This document shows, piece after piece, positions 25,851 to 36,788 of a stretch of 64,000 nt of DNA. The DNA is taken from assembly GCA_029821875.1 (NCBI GenBank), contig JALGXW010000010.1, forward strand, positions 3,859 through 67,858, in the 5' to 3' direction. The position numbers and the translations under genes are program-made. The DNA is from Candidatus Hebobacterum abditum. Lineage in GTDB: Bacteria; Armatimonadota; Hebobacteria; Hebobacterales; Hebobacteraceae. The notes under the pieces were generated by a model. That model was not told the origin of the DNA. It ran no database searches and saw nothing but the letters and a program-made list of their open reading frames with translations. Numbering within the stretch: position 1 is the first letter of the stretch; every line of letters starts with the position of its first letter.

Positions 25851-27127
25851 TGGTCCTCTTCCGCCGTCTGGCTCCCGGCCGCCTTGCGCAAACGTTGCGC
25901 GACATCTGCCGGAACGCGCGCGCTCAGCGAGACGCCCTCCTCCTGGAAGTCCTCAGAGAGCACACGCCCGCGCTCGTGGGCCTCCGAGACCAAGTCCTGA
26001 GCGGACCAGGGCACCGTGACCTCGACCGGCACGAGCTCCTGCTCCAGTCGCTCGCCGATGGCCCGCAGGAGCTCCCCCAGCCCCTCGCCCGTCAGAGCCG
26101 AGATGGCGACCACGTGTTCCTCTCGCGCGGCAACTTCGGCCAGCCAAGCACGGTCCGCCACCAAGTCGCACTTGTTGAGGGCAATGACGGTCGGCTTGTC
26201 AGCACATCCGAGCTCGGCCAACACGCGCCGGGCTGCCTCCACTTGATCTCTCATCTGCGGGTGGCTCGCGTCGACCACGTGGACGAGAACGTCTGCCTCG
26301 ACCACTTCCTCCAAGGTGGCCTTGAAGGCCGCGACCAGTTGATGCGGCAAGTTACGGATGAAGCCGACCGTGTCGGCCAGCAGGAAATTCCGGCCTTCCG
26401 CCAGCTCGACCCGCCTGATGGTAGGGTCGAGCGTGGCGAACAGCAGGTCCTCCACGAAGACGTCGGCCCCGGCGAGTGCATTGAGCAGCGTTGACTTGCC
26501 TGCGTTCGTGTACCCCACCAGCGCCACCACAGGTATGCCGGCCTCCCGCCTATGACGGCGCTCGACGGTCCGCCGCTTCTCGAGCTGCTCGACCTGCTTC
26601 TTCAGAAGACTGAGCCGCCTTCGAAGTCGCCGGCGGTCCACCTCGAGCTTCGTCTCGCCCGGCCCTCTCGTGCCGATCCCGCCGCCGAGTCTGGACAGCT
26701 CCGTCCCCTTCCCCGTCAAGCGGGGGAGCAGGTAGTTCAGCTGCGCGAGCTCCACCTGAATCTTGCCCTCGGCGCTGCGGGCGCGCTGCGAGAAGATATC
26801 GAGAATCAGAGCAGTCCTGTCCAGCACGCCCATGTTGGCCGCGTCTTCCAGGTTGCGCTGCTGGCTCGGCCTCAGGTCGCCGTCCACCAGCAGCAGGTCT
26901 GCACGCACTTCGCCCTTGATCTGCCGTATCTCTTCGGCCTTGCCCTTGCCGACGAAGGCGGCCGGGTCCGGCCGGTCCCGTTTCTGGGTCACGGTGCCGA
27001 CGACTTCGACGCCGGCTGTCTCGGCCAGGCGCGCGAGTTCGTCCAGCGACTCCTCCCAGCCCCCTCGACGCTCCAACGCCAGCAACAGCGCGCGCTGTTC
27101 GGGCCTCGGGTCTACGGAAATCGTCAT
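25844..27127 (-). CDS. hflX: GTPase HflX
   Basis: N-terminal HflX domain (EESLDELARLAETAGVEVVG ... IGKGKAEEI). G-domain motifs GYTNAGKST, DTVGF and NKCD. The ATG at 27127 forms an ATGA overlap with the upstream gene. The arginine-rich 68-aa extension in the track ORF is rejected. Confidence 0.85.
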   Translation of the reverse strand: MTISVDPRPEQRALLLALERRGGWEESLDELARLAETAGVEVVGTVTQKRDRPDPAAFVGKGKAEEIRQIKGEVRADLLLVDGDLRPSQQRNLEDAANMGVLDRTALILDIFSQRARSAEGKIQVELAQLNYLLPRLTGKGTELSRLGGGIGTRGPGETKLEVDRRRLRRRLSLLKKQVEQLEKRRTVERRHRREAGIPVVALVGYTNAGKSTLLNALAGADVFVEDLLFATLDPTIRRVELAEGRNFLLADTVGFIRNLPHQLVAAFKATLEEVVEADVLVHVVDASHPQMRDQVEAARRVLAELGCADKPTVIALNKCDLVADRAWLAEVAAREEHVVAISALTGEGLGELLRAIGERLEQELVPVEVTVPWSAQDLVSEAHERGRVLSEDFQEEGVSLSARVPADVAQRLRKAAGSQTAEEDQW

Positions 27128-28305
27128 CCGATTCGCACCTTCTCCTTGATGCGATCCACCGCCTCTACTATCCGCTCTTCCTGCTGCTCGCCCTGGACTG
27201 TGAGCGAAAAGCGCACGTAGCCTTCCCCGTGATCGCCGTAGGCGCTGCCTGGCTGGGCCAGAACGGCTGCGTCGCGGAGAAGAGCTTCGGCCAGCTGCGC
27301 GGATGTGTAGCCTCCTGAGACGGGCCCCCACACGTAGCAGGTGGCCGGTGGCTTCGGGATATTCCAGCCAACTTCGCCGAGGCCGTCCACCAGCAGGTCT
27401 CGCCTCTTCTGGTAGATCTGACGCATCTGATCGACACAGTCTTGAGGACCGGCTAGGGCCGCGACACCCGCCTCCTGAATGGCGAAGAACGCGCCGGAGT
27501 CGACGTTCGACTTGAGCTTCTCGAGCGTGTCGAGTGCGTCCGCGTTCCCCACTGCGAATCCGAGCCGCCAGCCCGTCATGTTATACGTCTTCGACAGCGA
27601 GTGTATCTCGATGGCGACGTCTTTCCCGCCATCAACCTCCAGCAGACTGTGCGGCTTCTGGCCATCGTAGTACAGCTCTGAATAGGCCATGTCCAGGCAG
27701 ACGAGCACATCTCGCGCGCGAGCGAAGTCCACCAGGCTTCTGTAGAAATCAAGCGACGCCACCGCACCCGTCGGCATGTTCGGATAGCACAGGTAGATGA
27801 GTCGCGCTCGCTCGAGCGCATCTCCCGGAATAGCGTCGAGGTCGGGCAGGTAGTCCGCGCTCTCCACCAGAGGAAACCGGTAGACATCAGCCCCCGCGAA
27901 CATCGAGGCGACGTTGTAGACCGGGTAGGCCGGATCGGGCACCAGCGCGATGTCGCCCGGGTTGAGCACCGCCCAGGCCAGGTGTGCGAGGGCCTCCTTT
28001 GCGCCGATCACCCGGAGCACGTCGCGGTCAGGGTCGAGGTCCACGCCGAAGCGCTGTCTGTACCATGAGACAACGGCCTGACGGTAGGCCGGCAGACCGC
28101 GCCCGGATTCGTCGTATTGGTGTGTCGCCGGGTCCAGGGCGGCCTTGCGCAACGCCTCCACGATGTGGCCAGGCGTCGGCTGGTCCGGATCGCCGATTCC
28201 GAAATCGATGAGATCCACGCCCTCCTCGATCGCCTTGCGCTTCAGCCTTCCCAACTCAGCGAACGGGTACGGTGGTGTCTTCAGAAGCCGGTCTGCAACT
28301 TGCAT
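27124..28305 (-). CDS. dapL: Class-I pyridoxal-phosphate aminotransferase, probably LL-diaminopimelate aminotransferase
   Basis: 393 aa fold-type I aminotransferase (GIGDPDQPTP, the SKTYNMTGWRLG lysine motif). The DapL assignment rests mainly on its position immediately upstream of dapF. An aspartate/aromatic aminotransferase cannot be excluded. Confidence 0.6.
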   Translation of the reverse strand: MQVADRLLKTPPYPFAELGRLKRKAIEEGVDLIDFGIGDPDQPTPGHIVEALRKAALDPATHQYDESGRGLPAYRQAVVSWYRQRFGVDLDPDRDVLRVIGAKEALAHLAWAVLNPGDIALVPDPAYPVYNVASMFAGADVYRFPLVESADYLPDLDAIPGDALERARLIYLCYPNMPTGAVASLDFYRSLVDFARARDVLVCLDMAYSELYYDGQKPHSLLEVDGGKDVAIEIHSLSKTYNMTGWRLGFAVGNADALDTLEKLKSNVDSGAFFAIQEAGVAALAGPQDCVDQMRQIYQKRRDLLVDGLGEVGWNIPKPPATCYVWGPVSGGYTSAQLAEALLRDAAVLAQPGSAYGDHGEGYVRFSLTVQGEQQEERIVEAVDRIKEKVRIG

Positions 28306-28348
28306 GCAATACCCTCCCTGCTGGTGACTGCCTTCTCGGCCTTGCCTC

Positions 28349-29206
28349 TCAGATTCCCTCGTCCAGGCGAGTCTCGCCCGTGCATATCTCCTCGGCGGGC
28401 CCTTCTATGAAGACGTGATCGTCCTCCGGGTTCCAATGCACCTTGAGATCCCCTCCGCGCAGGTGCACGACGGCTTTCCTCGATGACAGCTCATTGAGGA
28501 CAGCAGCCACTAACACCGCTGAGGCGCCGGTTCCGCAGGCAAGCGTTTCGCCTGCACCTCTCTCCCACACTCGCATCCGTATCTCCCCCTCCCCCATGAT
28601 CTGCGCGAACTCGACATTCGTGCGTCGCGGGAAGAGATCATGGTGCTCGATCGCGGGGCCGATCTCGTCTACCTTGACCTTCTCCACATCGGTCACGAAC
28701 AGCACGCAGTGCGGGTTGCCCATAGACAGCGCAGTGATCTCGTGGCGCCTGCCACTCACTCGGATGCGCTCTCCGACTACTCTCTCCTGGTCCGGGCCCT
28801 TCATGGGGATCTCCGATCGCCGCAGGCGCGGCGCCCCCATGTCGACGCGGATGCCGGTCACCCGGCCGCTCCGAACACGCAGACGCGGCCGTATGATCCC
28901 CGCGAGAGTCTCGATCTCCATGTCTCTCTCGCGCGTGTAGCCTCTGTCATAGACGAACTTCGCGAAGAGCCGCACCCCGTTCCCGCACATCTCGGCCTCG
29001 CTGCCATCCGAGTTGAACATGCGCATCCTGAAGTCGGCGGCGCGGGAGGGTAGGATGAGTATCAGCCCATCGGCTCCCACACCGAAGTGCCGATCCGACA
29101 GCGCCTTTGCGATGGCTGATAGCTTCTCTTCGGGCGGAGCGGACTTCATCCCGTCCACCAGAAGGTAGTCGTTTCCGAGCCCATGCATCTTTGTGAACTT
29201 GATCAT
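28349..29206 (-). CDS. dapF: Diaminopimelate epimerase
   Basis: 285 aa. MIKFTKMHGLGNDYLLVD N-terminus. Both catalytic Cys motifs are present: MCGNG and ACGTGASA. Confidence 0.9.
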   Translation of the reverse strand: MIKFTKMHGLGNDYLLVDGMKSAPPEEKLSAIAKALSDRHFGVGADGLILILPSRAADFRMRMFNSDGSEAEMCGNGVRLFAKFVYDRGYTRERDMEIETLAGIIRPRLRVRSGRVTGIRVDMGAPRLRRSEIPMKGPDQERVVGERIRVSGRRHEITALSMGNPHCVLFVTDVEKVKVDEIGPAIEHHDLFPRRTNVEFAQIMGEGEIRMRVWERGAGETLACGTGASAVLVAAVLNELSSRKAVVHLRGGDLKVHWNPEDDHVFIEGPAEEICTGETRLDEGI

Positions 29207-29395
29207 CGCTTCTCTCCGGTTCGGCCTGTCGTCGCTTCCTCCTCTGCCGACCCGGCGCCCCGGTGATGCTCTACCCCTGGAAAGAAGAAGGCGCCGGTCG
29301 GCGTATGCGTCCGCTCCGGCGCCCTGCTCTCTACCTCATCCGTCGCTCTGCTCTCAGCGGGCCTCGCCTCCTGAAGCAGGTGTGCGGCGGCGCAG

Positions 29396-29416
29396 GGCAA
29401 GCCGAAACGGCTTGCC
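29396..29416 (-). terminator. Possible terminator hairpin downstream of miaA (GGCAAGCC-GAAAC-GGCTTGCC)
   Basis: A perfect 8-bp stem with a 5-nt loop, 42 nt after the miaA stop on the minus strand. There is no U-tract. Confidence 0.25.
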
Positions 29417-29457
29417 GTAACGCTTCCCACGCTTCTTGGCTGTCGTGTCCGCTGTTC

Positions 29458-30384
29458 TCACCGCCATCGCCTCTCGATCTCTCCCGCGGCCCCGGATGGC
29501 CCGCCTGTCTCCTGCACGTCTATCCATTCGATTCGCGGGTCGGCACGGAACCACGTCAGCTGCCGCTTCGCGAACCGCCGCGTGTCTCGCTTCAGCCGAC
29601 GCACCGCTTCTTCAAGGCTAGTCTTTCCACGTATGTGAAGCGCGATCTGGGCATAGCCCAGGCCCTTCATCGAGACCAGGTCCTCACTGTACCCCCGCTC
29701 GAGCAGGGCCCGCACCTCGTCAACAAGGCCCTCCGCCATCATGCGGTCGACGCGGGCCTCTATGCGCTGATACAGCTCGTCACGACCCAGAGTGAGTCCG
29801 AACTGTCTGGTATTGTACCGCGCCGCCCCCTGCCGGTCAACCTTCTTGCGGCCTGCATCTCCTGGGCCCGACCCTTCGGCCACCTCCAGCGCGCGGATGA
29901 TTCGCTTCTGATCGTTCGGGTGAATCCGTGCCGCAGCCTCCGGATCGGCCTGCGCAAGCCACTCATGCAGCGCGCGCGTCCCCTTGCTTCGAGCTTCCTC
30001 GACAAGCCTGTTCCGAAGTTCGGGGTCCGGCGGCACTTGCGCGAAGTCCATTTCCTCCAATACGGCCCGGACGTACAGCCCGCTGCCGCCGACCAGGATC
30101 GGCTGACGGCCGCGCTGCCAGATCTCTGCCAGTGTTGCCTCCGCGCGAGCCTGGTAGTCGGCGACGGAGAAGGGCTCGTCGGGCGCGATGATGTCGATCA
30201 AGTGGTGGGCAACTCGTCTCCGCTGTTCGGCCGTCGGCTTGGCCGTCCCAACATCCATACCGCGGTAGACTTGCATGGAGTCGGCCGACACGATCTCGCC
30301 GTCGAGAGACTCGGCGAGCAGGACACCCACCTCGCTCTTGCCGGTTGCCGTGGGGCCGACAATGGCTAGCAGGCGCTTGTCCAT
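29458..30384 (-). CDS. miaA: tRNA dimethylallyltransferase
   Basis: The ATG at 30384 gives MDKRLLAIVGPTATGKSEVGV, a P-loop. The TTG at 30411 in the track is a less likely start. The typical MiaA core is present (DSMQVYRGMDVGTAKP). Confidence 0.9.
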   Translation of the reverse strand: MDKRLLAIVGPTATGKSEVGVLLAESLDGEIVSADSMQVYRGMDVGTAKPTAEQRRRVAHHLIDIIAPDEPFSVADYQARAEATLAEIWQRGRQPILVGGSGLYVRAVLEEMDFAQVPPDPELRNRLVEEARSKGTRALHEWLAQADPEAAARIHPNDQKRIIRALEVAEGSGPGDAGRKKVDRQGAARYNTRQFGLTLGRDELYQRIEARVDRMMAEGLVDEVRALLERGYSEDLVSMKGLGYAQIALHIRGKTSLEEAVRRLKRDTRRFAKRQLTWFRADPRIEWIDVQETGGPSGAAGEIERRWR

Positions 30385-30388
30385 TGTC

Positions 30389-32116
<1,728 letters not shown>

Positions 32117-32300
32117 GCGCGAGCAGATTCGCCGATTCACCAACGGCTCCTCCCTACGCCCGGTGCGCGCAGAGGCGAACCGGTGGTCTTGGTTGCGGAC
32201 GGACCGTCTCAGCCGCGACCGCCAATTGACACACAAGATTCACAGTTGGCACCTATCCTGCAGATGTGTTGGCAAGATCCGAACAGTTGCCCGAGTGAGG

Positions 32301-32765
32301 ATGAGAATGAATGTCCTATGGCGGTGGGTTGTTGTGGTGGGAGTAGTCGCGCTTGTGGCCGGATGCCAGCAGTCGCAGCAATCGGCCCAGCGATCTCGAG
32401 GCACGACTGAGGGGCAGCAGATAGCCTGGGTGCACGACTTCGAGGAGGGGATGGCAAAGGCCGCGGAAGAGGGAAAGCCCGTCATGGTGGACTTCTACGC
32501 GGACTGGTGCACCTGGTGCAAGAAGCTGGACGCAGACGTCTTCTCTCGACCGGATGTGGCGCAGGCCAGCAGAGACTTCGTGGCCATCAAGGTGGATACG
32601 GACGAGGACCCTGAAACGGAGAGCAAGTACGGCGTGAGCGGCCTGCCAACGGTGGTCTTCCTCCAGTCGGACGGGACTGAGATCCGACGCTCCCGCGGGG
32701 CCGTGCCTTACACGGTCATGCTTGACGAGATGGCGGCGGCCAAGGCGGCTTCTGGCGGGGCCTAG
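32301..32765 (+). CDS. Thioredoxin-family lipoprotein (CxxC = WCTWC)
   Basis: Only the 3' third of track ORF 31929..32765 is real. The 5' part is antisense to mutL. ATG 32301 gives MRMNVLWRWVVVVGVVALVAGC, a lipobox. The thioredoxin fold carries the DWCTWCKKL active site. Confidence 0.75.
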   Translation: MRMNVLWRWVVVVGVVALVAGCQQSQQSAQRSRGTTEGQQIAWVHDFEEGMAKAAEEGKPVMVDFYADWCTWCKKLDADVFSRPDVAQASRDFVAIKVDTDEDPETESKYGVSGLPTVVFLQSDGTEIRRSRGAVPYTVMLDEMAAAKAASGGA

Positions 32766-32798
32766 TCCGCCATAACCTGTGAGGGAGGCACACGCTCT

Positions 32799-33698
32799 AT
32801 GAGAGCTGGTATCGTGATCGTGCTGGGGATTCTCGTCGTGGTCGGCGGCATTCTGGTCATGCGCACGCAGAACTCTCCGGAGGCTGCTACAGTCCTGGAC
32901 GTGGAGCCGACCGAGACCCTATACCTCGCCGTCCCCATGGGCGTATACGTGCCGGTCAGCCTGGCCATGGCGGAGTTCGAGGCCCTGCATCCGGAACTCG
33001 AGTTCGAGACGATGGTGGACACCCCGGAAACGATGGCGGAGGCGGTGGAGGAGAACGAGCGCAAGCCCGACATGTTCATCTCCCCGGGCGGCCACGAGGC
33101 GACGGTCCTGGTCGAAAGGGGCTTCATCGATCCGGAGACCATGGTGGCCTTCGGGAGCTACGAAGTAGCGATCCTGGTGCCCAAGGGCAACCCCGGCAAG
33201 GTAGAGGAACCAGCAGACCTGCTGAACCCTGAGGTGAAGGTCATCTCGTTCTCGCCGCCTGACCTCACCGCGGCTTCCCACGCCGCGCGGCAGTCGCTCC
33301 AGAACCTCGGCCTATGGGATATACTCCAGCCGAAGATCGAAGTCACCGGCTGCTGCAATGAATCGTTCCAGTGGGTGGTCGACGGCCGAGCGGAGGCGAA
33401 CGTCCAGTTCCTCGGCTGCCCCATGGACACCAAGTCCGTGGACCTGAGCAAGACGAAGGCCGAGATTGCGTGTCTGCTGCCGCGTGACACCTACTATGTA
33501 CCTCGTACAGTGGCCGGCATCCTGACTACGACCCAGGAGAGGGAACTCGCGGAGGAGTTCCTGAGCTTCCTGACCGACCCCGAGATGCTGGAGTTCATGG
33601 CGACGAAGAAGCTCCGCAACGACCAGGAACTGCCTCTGACCCCTGGCCCCTGGGGTCCAGCGCAGGAGGCCAGCCCGGCCCGGGTGGCAAGCCGATGA
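32799..33698 (+). CDS. Membrane-anchored periplasmic-binding-protein-like, ModA/TupA/WtpA (oxyanion-binding) family, copy 1
   Basis: 299 aa. SD GAGGGAGG. N-terminal TM anchor. The PBP type-II fold resembles molybdate/tungstate binders (DMFISPGG...VAILVPKGNP). Confidence 0.65.
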   Translation: MRAGIVIVLGILVVVGGILVMRTQNSPEAATVLDVEPTETLYLAVPMGVYVPVSLAMAEFEALHPELEFETMVDTPETMAEAVEENERKPDMFISPGGHEATVLVERGFIDPETMVAFGSYEVAILVPKGNPGKVEEPADLLNPEVKVISFSPPDLTAASHAARQSLQNLGLWDILQPKIEVTGCCNESFQWVVDGRAEANVQFLGCPMDTKSVDLSKTKAEIACLLPRDTYYVPRTVAGILTTTQERELAEEFLSFLTDPEMLEFMATKKLRNDQELPLTPGPWGPAQEASPARVASR

Positions 33699-34522
33699 GC
33701 CGCGGCGCGCAGATCTTGATCGTCGTCCTTGTTCTCGCTGTTGTCACCCTGGGCGGGCTGTTGCTGACCCGCGCCGGCCAGTCGACTGGCGGCCCCACCT
33801 CCGGCAATCTCGTCGTCTATGCCCCCTGCGGCATGAACGGGCCTCTGCAGATCGCCTCTCAGAAGTTCCGAGAGTTGAACCCCGACGTCCCACTGCAGGT
33901 AGTGTACGACAACGCCAACGTGCTTGTGCGGAATATCCGCCGCGGCGACCGGCCCGACGTCTTCATCTCACCGGGAGAGATAGAGATGGGCCTCCTCGCC
34001 GCGGAAGGGTTCATCGATGAGGGCACGGTGACCGACTTCGGCACACTCGACCTCGTTGTGATCGCGCCCGACAAGACGAAAGGGCTGAACTCGATTCGCG
34101 GGCTGACGTCGCCCACCATCAGTACGATCTCACTGGCAGATCCCGAGCACAACTCGATCGGGTTCTACGCGAAGGAAGCCCTGGAGACCCTGGGGCTGTG
34201 GGACCAGCTCCAGACCAAGCTGCTCCTGCGCGAGTACCCGCTGGAGGCGGTGACGCTCGCCACCACGGGCGAGGTGGACGCCGGCATCCACTACCTCACC
34301 TGCCCGCTGGAGACGAACCCAGAGAAGGCAGACGCATCGGGCGTGCGGATTGTGGAGAAGCTGCCCCGCGACGCCTACCCGCCGGTGCGATTGCAGGTGG
34401 CGATGCTGAACGAGACCCGACAGACCGCGTACGGCCAGCGCTACATCGATTTCCTGGTGTCGCCGGAGGGCCAGCAGGCGGTGGCCACCAGCGGCATCCT
34501 TCCGATTGAGGTGATCCAATGA
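33695..34522 (+). CDS. Membrane-anchored ModA/TupA/WtpA-family binding protein, copy 2 (paralogue of the upstream gene)
   Basis: 275 aa. ATGA overlap with copy 1. LVVYAPCGMNGPL ... DVFISPGE ... LVVIAPDKTKGL. Same architecture as copy 1. Confidence 0.65.
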   Translation: MSRGAQILIVVLVLAVVTLGGLLLTRAGQSTGGPTSGNLVVYAPCGMNGPLQIASQKFRELNPDVPLQVVYDNANVLVRNIRRGDRPDVFISPGEIEMGLLAAEGFIDEGTVTDFGTLDLVVIAPDKTKGLNSIRGLTSPTISTISLADPEHNSIGFYAKEALETLGLWDQLQTKLLLREYPLEAVTLATTGEVDAGIHYLTCPLETNPEKADASGVRIVEKLPRDAYPPVRLQVAMLNETRQTAYGQRYIDFLVSPEGQQAVATSGILPIEVIQ

Positions 34523-35019
34523 GCGAAGACACTGGCAGGAAAGGCGGCCCGAATATCGTCTTCATCGCCGTCGTCGTAGTGCTCGTAGCAGCGCTTGCCG
34601 TAGAGGCCTTCCTGCTGCTCCGCCCCAAGCCGCCCGCCCGCCCAGCTGAGGCGCAGGCGGCCGTTGCTGCTGGCGCCAGCCAGCGGATCGAGACCATCGG
34701 CGACCACGCCGCGCCGATCAATATCGACTTCTACGCGCCGCTGGCCCTCGAGTGGCACGAGAAGACGATTGGACTGCTGCGGGACTACAACGATGAGCAT
34801 CCGGGGCGAATCTTCGTGCGTCTCATGCCCATGGGCAATGCTGAGTGCGATGCAGAGATCAATGCCAAGGGCATTACCTGCGCCGTCATCTTCATCAACG
34901 ACGAGAACGAGTTCACCCTCCCCGACGGCCGTACCGTCGAGCTGTACCAGCGTCCCAACCAGGCCACCTCCAGCTACAACAGCGAGGACGTCATCACAAT
35001 CCTCGAGCAGATGCCGTAG
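34519..35019 (+). CDS. Membrane-anchored DsbA/thioredoxin-like protein lacking the CxxC motif
   Basis: 166 aa. TM anchor followed by GDHAAPINIDFYAPLALEWHEKT, where DsbA family members carry CPxC. Overlaps both neighbours by 4 nt. Confidence 0.45.
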   Translation: MSEDTGRKGGPNIVFIAVVVVLVAALAVEAFLLLRPKPPARPAEAQAAVAAGASQRIETIGDHAAPINIDFYAPLALEWHEKTIGLLRDYNDEHPGRIFVRLMPMGNAECDAEINAKGITCAVIFINDENEFTLPDGRTVELYQRPNQATSSYNSEDVITILEQMP

Positions 35020-35173
35020 CCAATCACCTCCCCGCCACTCGTCCGTCCGGCTGCGACACTGACTGCGGCCCTCCCCGGCGCCTTGCTGGCAGTCAGGGCC
35101 TCCTGAGCCACTAGGAACGCGGCACAACTCCGACGAACCCAAGTCCCAGGATACCTGCGGTTTGGGAGGCGCA

Positions 35174-35911
35174 GTGGACTGGTTTGACTGCAACTGCGGA
35201 TTCGGGGTCCCGGCCAAGCCCCTGGGCGGCGTGCTGCGTTCTGCCGCCGACCTCATCGGAGAGTTGGAGTTCTGCGGCGTCGGCGAAGCGTTGATCTACC
35301 ACGTCGCCATGGAGGCCGAGTCCGCGCAGGTGGGCAATCGACTCGCCTGCGAGGAAACGCAGGACGACCCCCGTCTACACCCGACCTGGGCCGTCCTGCC
35401 GCCCCAGACAGAGGAGCTTGGGACGGTGGAGGAGTTCCTCGCAGGCATGCGCCAGCATGACGTCAGGGCGCTGAGGGCCTACCCCGAGGAACACCGCTAC
35501 CGCTTGGACGGGCTGACGTTCGGCTCCCTGCTGGAGGAACTTGTGCCGCGGCGCATCCCCCTCATGACAGGACCTCACTGGCAGGTAATCGCGGACCTGC
35601 TGAGTGACTTCCCGGAGCTAACGCTCATCATCCGCAACCACGGCAACTGGGGAGATGATCGTTACTTCCGTCCGCTGATCGAGCGCTACCCGAGGGTGCA
35701 CCTCGACACCTCCGACTACCAGCAGGCCGAGGGGGTCTCGGACTTCGTCCGCAGATATGGTCCCGACCGATTGCTCTATGGGAGCGGCGCGCCGACCCTC
35801 CAGATGGGAGCTGCCCTTCTTTCTCTGGCCGGAGCGGATGTGCCGGCCGAGGCCAGGGAGGCTATTGCGGGCGGGAACCTGCGGCGCCTTCTGTCGGAGG
35901 TGCAGCCATGA
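35174..35911 (+). CDS. Amidohydrolase-2 (TIM-barrel metal-dependent hydrolase) family protein, apparently degenerate metal site
   Basis: GTG 35174 follows a GGGAGG SD. The N-terminal DWFDCNCGFG replaces the usual D-x-H-x-H. The C-terminal HLDTSDY ... LYGSGAP resembles the family. Confidence 0.55.
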   Translation: MDWFDCNCGFGVPAKPLGGVLRSAADLIGELEFCGVGEALIYHVAMEAESAQVGNRLACEETQDDPRLHPTWAVLPPQTEELGTVEEFLAGMRQHDVRALRAYPEEHRYRLDGLTFGSLLEELVPRRIPLMTGPHWQVIADLLSDFPELTLIIRNHGNWGDDRYFRPLIERYPRVHLDTSDYQQAEGVSDFVRRYGPDRLLYGSGAPTLQMGAALLSLAGADVPAEAREAIAGGNLRRLLSEVQP

Positions 35912-36741
35912 GAAATGACTCGGAGATCGCGCGGGAGTTCCTCGCCCACGGCCGGTCCGAAGCCTGCCCGGTCATAGACATGCACGGACACTACGGACCC
36001 TACCGTGGCATCTACTTCCCGAAGCCGTGGGCCGACGGCATGCTGGAGACGATGGATCGCTGCGGCGTCGCCTGCATCGTGTGTAGCTCCCACGCGTCTC
36101 TCGTGGACCCGGCGCGCGGGAACCGGGAGATGGCAGAGGTGGCGAGGGCCCACACGGGACGGTTCTACGCCTACTGCGCCATCAACCCAAACTACCCCCA
36201 CGTGGCGGAGGAGGAGATACGGCGGTACGGCGAGGACGGCGGCTTCGTCGGGTTCAAGTTCCATCCAAGCGGCCACTCCTATCCCATCACTGGGCCGAAC
36301 TACGTCCCGGCCCTGGAATATGCCAATGAGCACAAGCTGCTCCTGCTCTCGCACAGCTGGGGGGAGAGCCAGTACGACCGCCCCGGACTCTTCGGAGAGT
36401 TGGCGCCCAAGTATCCGGATGTGACCTTCCTGATGGGACACGCGGGATATGGCGAGTGGGACTCGGCGCTTGCCGTCGCGCGCGAGCACCCGAACGTCTA
36501 CCTGGAGCTCACCGCGGCCCACAGAGTATCTGGTATCATAACGAGGATGGTCGAGGAGGTCGGCTCGCATAAGGTGGTCTTCGGCACCGACCTACCGTGG
36601 TTCGATCCGCTGTATGGTATTGGCGCGGTCTGCTTCTCTCGCATCAGTGATCAGGACCGGCACAACATCTTGCACTCGAATGCCGAGCGGATGCTGGCAC
36701 GCTTCCGCGAGCCGGCGCAGGACGGAGGCTGCCACACCTAG
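35908..36741 (+). CDS. Amidohydrolase-2 family metal-dependent hydrolase (intact HxH site)
   Basis: 277 aa. VIDMHGHYG (D-x-H-x-H), FKFHP, LMGHAGYGEW, VFGTDLPW are amidohydro_2 hallmarks. 4-nt overlap with the upstream paralogue. Confidence 0.75.
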   Translation: MRNDSEIAREFLAHGRSEACPVIDMHGHYGPYRGIYFPKPWADGMLETMDRCGVACIVCSSHASLVDPARGNREMAEVARAHTGRFYAYCAINPNYPHVAEEEIRRYGEDGGFVGFKFHPSGHSYPITGPNYVPALEYANEHKLLLLSHSWGESQYDRPGLFGELAPKYPDVTFLMGHAGYGEWDSALAVAREHPNVYLELTAAHRVSGIITRMVEEVGSHKVVFGTDLPWFDPLYGIGAVCFSRISDQDRHNILHSNAERMLARFREPAQDGGCHT

Positions 36742-36788
36742 ACGAGAGGCCCTCCGAGGAGTAGCCGCACGCGTGGACATGTAGCAAC

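Noticed and set aside
25844-27331. 68-aa arginine-rich N-terminal extension of hflX (and similar extensions on the GHMP kinase, epimerase, mutL, acpS and nitroreductase ORFs)
   Set aside because: These are longest-ORF artefacts. Internal starts restore canonical N-termini and create standard 0-4-nt junctions with upstream genes.
29207-29457. Possible hfq gene or lysine riboswitch in the miaA-dapF intergenic region
   Set aside because: The 75-aa ORF there has no Sm1/Sm2 motifs. The region shows only a GC hairpin and lacks recognisable L-box conserved segments. I cannot support either call without a covariance-model search.
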